DNA of 64,000 nucleotides from a virus. The stretch lies in IMG/VR virus record IMGVR_UViG_3300037471_000902, positions 32,001 to 96,000 of that record; one strand, 5' to 3'. Position numbers and translations under genes: made by a program. Under the pieces are notes generated by a model. That model had not been told where the DNA came from. It did no database searches and saw only the letters and a program-made list of their open reading frames with translations. Positions 56,514-64,000 of the stretch are shown here, piece after piece (position 1 is the stretch's first letter; each line of letters opens with the position of its first letter).

Positions 56514-59500
56514 TATACTAGAACACGACGGATGATCTGCAGGCTAGTTCCACCCACAAGGAAACCGTAATTTAAGCCATCGCCGTGATAGGATCGTGAA
56601 TCATCGCCCCACGAGATTCCCAAATCATTGAAAGTAAACGTGACACCGTCAGTGCTGGTGTAGGTCTCAAATTGGAAAATAGAGTCATTTCGAAGTTGCA
56701 GCACATAAGTGTCGTTAACCGCAACCGCAGCACTTGGCTTAAGATCAGGATTATTGTTTGGGAATGCATAGGTCCATGTCACACCACCGTCAGTACTTGT
56801 TGCAATGGAATTTGCCCAACGCACACAAATGAAATTGTTTGCATCAAGCTGCATTAATGTGTTAGGTTGGCTCCAATCAGGATCAAATCTTGACAATAAC
56901 GACCATGATGTTCCGTTAGTGCTTGAGAAAATCTTGTGCGCGCTCAAATCGTCGCTATCCTCAGCGATTGCTAGGAATCTATTGTTAAATGAATCCCAAT
57001 GAATGCTTTGGAAAAACAAGTTTCCAGACTGGACTAGATGTCTAGTCCAGGTCTGGCCATCTGTGGAACTATGAATGTAGAAGCTGTCAGAATCTGCATA
57101 CTCACTGCCAGTGGCCGCGCACCATAAATTCAGGGCGGGGCTCCACACTAATCCACTGCTACTCAGTGAGTTATAGTAAGAGGGTGCTGGCTCAGTAAAG
57201 CTGCCAGTTGTCCACGTAATGCCATCTGTCGATTTTGCCCATTGGCTGTTCTGATCTCCAACAGTTAGGAAATATGAACCATTCCATGAGATAGCGTAAG
57301 ATGCAAACGAATTGGTAATTGTAGTCCACGTGGCTCCACCGTCGGTACTTCTAGCAATGCTTGTACCACCGTTCTCGATCGCGACAAGCACTTGATCTGG
57401 ATCACCCGCAACACCAATAGAGCTGAATGGAAGTGTCTTTGTTGAACCAGTCAACACATATGTGGGTTCAGCTGGAGCAACGTTGACCGTCAGGGTGGCA
57501 TCTACGGGATTAAGACTGAAGCTGGCGCTTTCACCACTCAAGACTCGACGAGCAGTAAGTGTTGCAGATGAACCAACCATTACGAATGATCCTGCCGTTG
57601 GACTTAATCCAACCACATTAGGCTCCATCTCAAGCTCAATGATATCGCCTAGATTGAACGGTTTTCCCAAATCCTCAATAACGACATCAGTGAATATGAA
57701 GCCGCCAGATGTGAAGCTGAATGCTTCGCCTTCGCGAACATATCCTACTAGAGCCCCGTCTACTGTCACATCAAATATTGTCACGTTATCTTCAACATGA
57801 GAGCAGACAAATTTGACGGTCCCAAAATTGAGTGAAACAATTCCAGTTGAGTTCTTGATGTGTTTAGTAGCATCACGATCAACAATGACATCTAATCCTT
57901 CTCCGTGCATCTTGAAATCATTTGCTCCAATTGGGCGCATCAGACTTCTTTCAAGACGAGGCGAATTATTCCCTGTAAAATACGTGTAGCCCCAAACCTT
58001 ATCAAGGAAATTTAGAGGATCATTCTTAAAGTGCACCCTTGCGCAACCATAGAAGTACTCAAGAGATCGCCTCCATGCTGCCTCTGTTGGACCCCAATCA
58101 CCAAATTTATATCCCTTATCAATATCTGCCGGGATCACATTCGTGAGTGCATAGGATGCATTTCCACTGGAGCTTGATACATAGGGTGGAAGAAGGATGT
58201 CAGTTGCTGGATCTACGCAAATCTTCAAGCCTGGGCGTTGAGCTCGGATAAAATCCCACATTGAGGTTGTCCACAATCTTGTGCCAGTAGTATCTGCGTA
58301 TTGACCCCAATCTATTGATAGGGCTTGCTCAGCCGCCAGCTGTGTCTCATATCCTAGGAGTTTCCACGGCTCCAAATTAGGACGAGCCGTGGATAGAGAA
58401 CCCGATCTGTTAAAATATGCAAGGTAGATTTGATGCCAGCGAGCAGTATGAATGGGGACATTGTCAAACACTGCTTGAGAATAGTTCCACGTAAAGGCAT
58501 TTGCCGCATCAAAGTACGGAGCGTACATATCAAGATTGTACTTGGCTGCGTACTTTGCGAATTCAACTTCCTTGTCAGCTTCATACATGCTTGTATCAAT
58601 CTTCACTGACATAGCAGGGTGAATCCCAGCAAAGAGCTTCTCTTCGATAGCCAAAATCAAACTTGTTCTAATGATAGATGGAGTGACAATCGACCATGCA
58701 CTAGAAATGCCAGACGACGAAATTACCCACTCATTACTTGAAGCATCCCATTGATAGAGAGTATTCGTAGAGCGATTGTACCAGGTCTCGCCAGGAGCTC
58801 CTGTTGGGGTTGTTGACCCTTCATGCGTGACAACAAACGCGCGAAGTTGACCCGTCGATACCTGCATCCACAACTGGTTCTTGTATGGCAGTGATGGCAT
58901 GCCCTCAGAAATGAAGCCCCCAACTTTCACACCATCAAACCGTGTGACGATCGTATTGACTAGATTCCTGTTGAAATCAAGTTCGACACCCAGCACAGGT
59001 GAATGATGACCATCATGGTGGACGATCATGTCTATACCTAGAATGTGGTCGAATGCAATAGTTGGTTCGACAGCGGCGACAACACTCATCATAGGAAGAG
59101 TGACTGGCCAATACTTGACATTTGCAGTGGTGTCACTAAACACTTGACGCAAGTGTTCATCACTAGCACGCACTTCTTCGAATTTTGCTAGCAGTGACTG
59201 AATTCCAGCGTTCGTCGAGCTAATAGTACTCAACGTGAGTGGTGTAGTTGAAATGAAATTCGCGAGCTCGTTGTTTAGGAATTGATCAACGCTAGAGATT
59301 GCAAGTCTATATTGATACTCACCAAAATCAATAATGCTCAGTGGAGAGATGTCCTTCTGAATGAGCATGCTGACTAAGAGCGGGAAGTTGCCATTGTATT
59401 CACGAATAGCACCGCCAAACCCATAATCTGGATCTAAATTTCTAAAGTTGTTGACACCAAACGATGAGCCTTCAAAACCATCCTGACTCTTGATAACACT

Positions 59501-59941
59501 TCTAAAATGGTCGATAAGGTTGCCATAGCTAGATTCAGCATCAAGTGTTTTTGGCAGGTTCTCAAACATTCGTCGAGGAGTTAACCATGTGCCTTCGCCT
59601 GAAGTATCTGCTGCAGCACCACCTGGGAAATTCACTAGCTTTCCAAGTTCATCCTTTTTCACATAGCGCGGCATCGTGGCGTTATGGATATTGACTGTGA
59701 ATTTGTCGCCAACAACAAATGTCCCGCTAGCGATAGTGAACGTGGCATCGTCACACTCAAATGCAGTTCCTACAACTAGTGTGCCAACTGCCCCGCTTCT
59801 GCTTCCAAGAACACTGAAGGTTGTTGGAGTTATTGCAGTCAGAGTCCAAACCTGGGTGTCAGCGTATGTTTTAGCGGTGACAGCGAGTGCGTCTTTTAAA
59901 TTTTCGTTAGAGCCAATGAAGCTAATGAATGTGGAAACCAC
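56513..59941 (-). CDS. Giant structural protein with a C-terminal BNR/Asp-box beta-propeller
   Basis: FTWNYS, RPNLEPWKLLGY, FGDWGPTEAAWRRS core; six S[T]DG..W-type Asp-boxes; GGAG RBS before the GTG start. Confidence 0.75.
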   Translation of the reverse strand: MVSTFISFIGSNENLKDALAVTAKTYADTQVWTLTAITPTTFSVLGSRSGAVGTLVVGTAFECDDATFTIASGTFVVGDKFTVNIHNATMPRYVKKDELGKLVNFPGGAAADTSGEGTWLTPRRMFENLPKTLDAESSYGNLIDHFRSVIKSQDGFEGSSFGVNNFRNLDPDYGFGGAIREYNGNFPLLVSMLIQKDISPLSIIDFGEYQYRLAISSVDQFLNNELANFISTTPLTLSTISSTNAGIQSLLAKFEEVRASDEHLRQVFSDTTANVKYWPVTLPMMSVVAAVEPTIAFDHILGIDMIVHHDGHHSPVLGVELDFNRNLVNTIVTRFDGVKVGGFISEGMPSLPYKNQLWMQVSTGQLRAFVVTHEGSTTPTGAPGETWYNRSTNTLYQWDASSNEWVISSSGISSAWSIVTPSIIRTSLILAIEEKLFAGIHPAMSVKIDTSMYEADKEVEFAKYAAKYNLDMYAPYFDAANAFTWNYSQAVFDNVPIHTARWHQIYLAYFNRSGSLSTARPNLEPWKLLGYETQLAAEQALSIDWGQYADTTGTRLWTTSMWDFIRAQRPGLKICVDPATDILLPPYVSSSSGNASYALTNVIPADIDKGYKFGDWGPTEAAWRRSLEYFYGCARVHFKNDPLNFLDKVWGYTYFTGNNSPRLERSLMRPIGANDFKMHGEGLDVIVDRDATKHIKNSTGIVSLNFGTVKFVCSHVEDNVTIFDVTVDGALVGYVREGEAFSFTSGGFIFTDVVIEDLGKPFNLGDIIELEMEPNVVGLSPTAGSFVMVGSSATLTARRVLSGESASFSLNPVDATLTVNVAPAEPTYVLTGSTKTLPFSSIGVAGDPDQVLVAIENGGTSIARSTDGGATWTTITNSFASYAISWNGSYFLTVGDQNSQWAKSTDGITWTTGSFTEPAPSYYNSLSSSGLVWSPALNLWCAATGSEYADSDSFYIHSSTDGQTWTRHLVQSGNLFFQSIHWDSFNNRFLAIAEDSDDLSAHKIFSSTNGTSWSLLSRFDPDWSQPNTLMQLDANNFICVRWANSIATSTDGGVTWTYAFPNNNPDLKPSAAVAVNDTYVLQLRNDSIFQFETYTSTDGVTFTFNDLGISWGDDSRSYHGDGLNYGFLVGGTSLQIIRRVLV

Positions 59942-59958
59942 CGAGTGAACTCCGAAAA

Positions 59959-59996
59959 GAGATAGGGTAGCAAAAAGTGCTACCCTTATTTATCTC
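59959..59996 (-). promoter_or_regulatory. TAAATA late promoter in a bulged hairpin
   Basis: gagata-gggtagca-aaaag-tgctaccc-ttat-ttatctc; motif at 59987-59992. Confidence 0.6.
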
Positions 59997-60015
59997 CATT
60001 CAGAATCTTAAAAAA

Positions 60016-62604
60016 TCACACCTGCGTCGCAGCCCAGATGGTTTTCAAGACATCATTTTCTTTCCAGAACAGCAGTCTATCATCCTCGTCCTTGATACCC
60101 AGTCCAAGCACGTAATCACTGTTCACGGTGGTTTTTAGGCGACGGCTGATAATTGGATCGACAGTAAAGTCTGGATCCTCAGCATAGAAAAAGATCCCTG
60201 ATGTCACGCCTGCATGGGTTCCATCATAATAGAAAAGATCAAATTGTGGAATCTGATTGAACCTAACCTTTTCTTGACGATACCCAAATCCATTCCCAAT
60301 CTCTTCTTCAGCAGGATTATTATTCTGATCGACCCAACCATTTAGCTGAAGATCAGACAAATACTCTATGATGGGGCGTGCTGCCTGAACACAGTCATCT
60401 AAGATTGCTGGGTCAATGTCATTCTTATGGGCCCAGAAATTATACCTCTGCCAATCAGTGAATTCAGGATTCAAGAAATAACCAACGAGGTTAAGATCTA
60501 ACAAACCTGATTTTCCAAGTATGCCAGTGTGTGCTAGGTTTCCACTATGATTGCTGGAAATTCCTGTAATAATGGCTTCCCCAAGAGTATCGTCCCATTC
60601 AAACGTGACGTTATGTGAATGGACATCATCAACAGTTGATGTGAGCGTGATGGTTGAAAGGGCGCCAGACTTTAAATCATTCCATTGCGATAATGAAAGA
60701 TTTACGTGATGGTAGTGGTCACTGGTACCCAGCTCATACAGATATTCAGACGGGGTAACTGGAACGTCTGATACGGTTGAAGTTGATTTCCAAATCTCGA
60801 ATGAGTCGAAATACATCGTCGCACCTTGGTTAGTATTTTCACTAAGACCAATGCGAATTTTACGCCCAGATGGTTGTGGGATATTTCCAGTAAATGGCGC
60901 GCTTACTACTTGAGTGCCGTTTATACGGCCTATGATCGTGTTGCCAATTCGTTCAACCTCGATATCGTAAGTTACACCTTGTGGTAGTAAGCCAAACGAA
61001 AAGAGAATAGGGAATGTGGTGCCATTTGCCAAGTAGAAGAACAAACCGTTGGTTGTGTTGCCACCGCCTAACGCTTGGCTGTAATAGAGAAGGAACTGTG
61101 ATCCTACCCCAGTTTGTCCTGGGTCCATATTGGACAGAATGCTTTTACCTGCACTGTTTGTCCAGTTTGCACGCAATTTGATTTTCCAATCGTCATGCGC
61201 GGGAAGCATATTGGTACTTGTGGCCGCCGTCTCCAAATACGATGTAGTATTAGCGATATGGAGGGATTGTGTTCCAGCAAGTGGACTTGTTGAAGATACT
61301 GATACACCAGTTCCACCAGTTGTCCAGACAGAATCTGCCGCGCCAGTGTCAAGGTATCCGCTCTCAAAATCCATATTGACAATTTTACTAGACGCATAGG
61401 TGTGCCACGGAGTCGCAGGTCCATCAAAATTGAATGCACCTTCAGCGAAACGGTTCTGTAATTCCCATGTCGACCCGCTGTAGGTGTCGCCGTCTGTGAC
61501 ATACACGCGCGATAGAAGTGGCCAGTTCTGCGCACTATTGAAATTAGGAGCTCGTTGCCACTTGCTCGTATCTACAATGTACACGCCATTCTCAGCCGGA
61601 TTTGTTTGAGCCGTCAACAACACTGCATCACCAAGTTGTACGCGCACACCATCAACGAGCATCATAGTTGCATCAGGGGAAATATTAGATAGGAATCCTT
61701 TTCCAACTCCTGACGTTGCTGGGATGAATCGAACAGAGTTTCCACCTGTCACGTACGTGATGTCAATTTGGAATTTGTCACCAGCACTGAAGGCAACAGA
61801 TCCAATAGTAATGGTAAACGAGAATAGCAGATCAGAATCCCCACTGTCACCCATTCCATGGCCACCTGACGCGCCATTTTGCAGACTAGGCGCGCTGACA
61901 TAGAATGTGTTTGCATCACCTGCACCAGTATTTGCTAGAGTGAGGGCACCAGTATTTGTTGAATCCCCTGGAACTGTTTGGGAGTACAATGTTCCTTGAT
62001 TTCCAGAAATAACAACCGTGGTAGGACTTGTGAAGAGAACCTCCACAGTTTCAGGTGGGCGGTCCTTACCATACATGCGAAGGTCACGATCAGCTACTAA
62101 TCTGACTGGTAGTTTCTGAGTGCTTGTTGACTTTGGGAACTGCTGGACGTAATATTCTGGATCAATGTCAGGGTTCCAAGGCAGTACTGGCTTGTTCTTC
62201 AGCGCCTTGCCATACCAGAAGTAGTTTGAGTAATTTACAAACTTATCAAAATTAATTGGTGGCGCGTAATTTAGAGATTGCTCCAGCAGAATCTCATTTA
62301 GTTTCGTGGTGTCAATACCAAGCGCGTCCATTTTGGCGATAAGGTCGTCAAATGTGAACGCTTTTTCCTCAGTACCTGTCTTAACATAGAGCGCGGGGAC
62401 CAGTGCGTTCTGTTCTCTATCAAGATTAGGTGAGTCAATTACCGCGGCAGAAGTATCGGTGATCTTACCAATCTGGCCGTTTATGACGACGCTCTGTTCC
62501 TCTGCCAGAAAACGGTTGAAGAGGTTGGATAAAAGGCTTGTGCTTCTTTCGTTCCTAAGTTCAAGGGGAACGTAATTAACAAGGTCGATCTTTTGTTTTG
62601 ACAT
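60016..62604 (-). CDS. Large baseplate-like structural protein with inserted fibre, LamG-like and His-rich domains
   Basis: PPINFDKFVNYSNYFW, WQRYNFWAH, QAARPIIEY, PQFDLF; TAAATA at 62631-62636 beside a hairpin. Confidence 0.75.
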   Translation of the reverse strand: MSKQKIDLVNYVPLELRNERSTSLLSNLFNRFLAEEQSVVINGQIGKITDTSAAVIDSPNLDREQNALVPALYVKTGTEEKAFTFDDLIAKMDALGIDTTKLNEILLEQSLNYAPPINFDKFVNYSNYFWYGKALKNKPVLPWNPDIDPEYYVQQFPKSTSTQKLPVRLVADRDLRMYGKDRPPETVEVLFTSPTTVVISGNQGTLYSQTVPGDSTNTGALTLANTGAGDANTFYVSAPSLQNGASGGHGMGDSGDSDLLFSFTITIGSVAFSAGDKFQIDITYVTGGNSVRFIPATSGVGKGFLSNISPDATMMLVDGVRVQLGDAVLLTAQTNPAENGVYIVDTSKWQRAPNFNSAQNWPLLSRVYVTDGDTYSGSTWELQNRFAEGAFNFDGPATPWHTYASSKIVNMDFESGYLDTGAADSVWTTGGTGVSVSSTSPLAGTQSLHIANTTSYLETAATSTNMLPAHDDWKIKLRANWTNSAGKSILSNMDPGQTGVGSQFLLYYSQALGGGNTTNGLFFYLANGTTFPILFSFGLLPQGVTYDIEVERIGNTIIGRINGTQVVSAPFTGNIPQPSGRKIRIGLSENTNQGATMYFDSFEIWKSTSTVSDVPVTPSEYLYELGTSDHYHHVNLSLSQWNDLKSGALSTITLTSTVDDVHSHNVTFEWDDTLGEAIITGISSNHSGNLAHTGILGKSGLLDLNLVGYFLNPEFTDWQRYNFWAHKNDIDPAILDDCVQAARPIIEYLSDLQLNGWVDQNNNPAEEEIGNGFGYRQEKVRFNQIPQFDLFYYDGTHAGVTSGIFFYAEDPDFTVDPIISRRLKTTVNSDYVLGLGIKDEDDRLLFWKENDVLKTIWAATQV

Positions 62605-62668
62605 TCTGGAATCTCATCACGGGAATGAGATATTTATCCCAGGTAGTCAATCTTGATATTGACCTATT

Positions 62669-62875
62669 TTAAAAATCTTCTGAGCACCATTCATAATCAT
62701 AGTGAGTCGTGAAGATCTGATACACCTCGATTTGAATGCTAGTATGGCTACCCTGTTCCTCAACATAAACATTCACCTTTGGAACAAGTCGTGGATCCTT
62801 GTCCCTTACATCCTGCTGTCTGTGCAGAATTCCAGTTCCATATGCGAATATTCCGGCTGGAGTGAGAGTAGCCAT
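62669..62875 (-). CDS. Small hypothetical protein
   Basis: 68 aa, starts 3 nt after the upstream stop and fills the gap. Confidence 0.4.
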   Translation of the reverse strand: MATLTPAGIFAYGTGILHRQQDVRDKDPRLVPKVNVYVEEQGSHTSIQIEVYQIFTTHYDYEWCSEDF

Positions 62876-62878
62876 GTT

Positions 62879-64000
62879 TTACTTCATTTGTCTAAGCACT
62901 GTTGGGGTAAGAGCAGCCACGATTTCGACATCATTAACCGTCGCACAAGATTGCAGAACTTCATCAAAGCCGGAATCGACAGTGAAGAGTGAGCCAAAGG
63001 AGTTGACAGAATATGTTGGGACAGGAACTACAGAAGCAATCTGAGTTGGCAGTCGTTGATGAATTAGGCTGATTAGTTCTGTTGCATAGAACTTGTCACC
63101 AAAATCCCAGTTAGCAATGTTGAAGTAGGAGTTGATGACAGCAATCACTTCAGCCTTGATTCGTTCGTCAGAGAACGTGGCACCTTGGGCCTTCACAATT
63201 CTAAACTTGGCGCGCAACTGCGGATCAGCCAATGCACCAAACAAGAGCTTGATTTTTCCAGAGTGCAGAACGAGAGTATCTGAAAGCATCTTGTTCTTCA
63301 AGAGTTCTGCATATGAGGTGCGAAGCTCAAGCGGCGTTGGCGGCGTTGGCTCAACGCTAATAACACCACGAATGTAATCATTCATATTCTGGTAGTAACC
63401 GCGAGATAGAATGAACGCATCATGAATGTTAGTCACAGACGGATCAATCAAGTTTGTGACGGGAGAGAAATGCTGCCACATGAAGTCTAGCCCAGTGTCA
63501 GCGCTGCACGTACCATCTGGGTGAGAAATGATTGGCATGCTGCGGCGACGAACAAGAACCTTTCCATCTGGATTGGCTCCAGTCTCAGTGAAGAACTGAC
63601 CTGCTGAAAACTCGAAATCTAAACCAGCGTAAGGACCGCTAAGAATAATGAGGCGGCCTGTGTCAAATCTGATCGTGTCAAATGGGTCAATGTCGTATCC
63701 ACCTGTGTAGATGTATGAGCCACATGGGAGCCACGTCGTTGAGCCATTTTCAACAATTCCAAATTCAAACGAATCAGCCGAGAAGTGCTCGTACTGAAGC
63801 ATGTTGTCAATGACGCCGGTACCAGAAATTGTGTACGCTAAGCTATTAGCTGGCAGAACCTCGAGTTGTGATGTGACAACATTTCCGTCATTGTCATAGA
63901 TGCTTCCAACAACGTCGTATACGTGGTTGTGACGGAGTGGACGGCCATCAGAATCAAGATTCGATCGAAGGATACGGATCTTGTCATACACAGTCTTCTT
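62879..64000 (-). CDS. Baseplate wedge protein (C-terminal part, truncated by window edge)
   Basis: WQHF...IDPSVTNIHD, KMLSDTLVLH, LFG..A...LRAKFRIVK, INSYFNIANWDFGDKFYATEL. Confidence 0.75.
   Translation of the reverse strand, partial: KKTVYDKIRILRSNLDSDGRPLRHNHVYDVVGSIYDNDGNVVTSQLEVLPANSLAYTISGTGVIDNMLQYEHFSADSFEFGIVENGSTTWLPCGSYIYTGGYDIDPFDTIRFDTGRLIILSGPYAGLDFEFSAGQFFTETGANPDGKVLVRRRSMPIISHPDGTCSADTGLDFMWQHFSPVTNLIDPSVTNIHDAFILSRGYYQNMNDYIRGVISVEPTPPTPLELRTSYAELLKNKMLSDTLVLHSGKIKLLFGALADPQLRAKFRIVKAQGATFSDERIKAEVIAVINSYFNIANWDFGDKFYATELISLIHQRLPTQIASVVPVPTYSVNSFGSLFTVDSGFDEVLQSCATVNDVEIVAALTPTVLRQMK

Noticed and set aside
56451-60015. Intron, intein, readthrough or ribosomal bypass joining the giant structural ORFs
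   Set aside because: The gaps are only 62 and 74 nt, there are no intein or group I motifs, an in-frame TAA follows the TGA at 60016, and each downstream ORF has its own promoter motif and RBS-like sequence.
1-64000. Alternative genetic code (stop-codon reassignment)
   Set aside because: Standard-code ORFs tile the window densely, and TAA, TGA and TAG all end genes at sensible, often coupled, boundaries.

Overview
A 64 kb slice of a large lytic myovirus (jumbo phage) in the standard genetic code, with T4-superfamily-like features. 1-14.3 kb holds DNA-metabolism and accessory genes: the 3' end of a gp41/DnaB-type helicase, an HNH nuclease, a PD-(D/E)XK exonuclease, a DenV-like glycosylase, a T4 gp42-like dCMP hydroxymethylase, YqeY, a DinG/XPD-type helicase and a Lar protein on a high-GC patch. 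16.8-33.6 kb is a block of large mosaic fibre genes. 38-64 kb (minus strand) holds an M23+lysozyme-like hydrolase, spanins, LamG and DUF2793 fibres, giant baseplate-like proteins and a baseplate wedge. Four patterns are not explained by gene labels. (1) About 14 scattered proteins start with a T4 internal-protein-like capsid-targeting leader. (2) At least 10 of these also share a short acidic amphipathic tag (hydrophobic-hydrophobic-x-[D/N/S/G/A]-L-x-[D/E], often followed by D-x-[D/E]-V); five of them form a dispersed family of small beta-rich domains, two apparently as cleavable polyproteins. An RNA-ligase-like polyprotein and a Pol-beta-type nucleotidyltransferase also carry the leader, which suggests a head-packaged, injected effector arsenal. 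(3) Sixteen TAAATA late-promoter motifs lie directly upstream of genes, most inside or beside inverted repeats that cover the start codon or RBS. (4) Several genes look leaderless. All functional calls come from reading motifs by eye; no database search was run.
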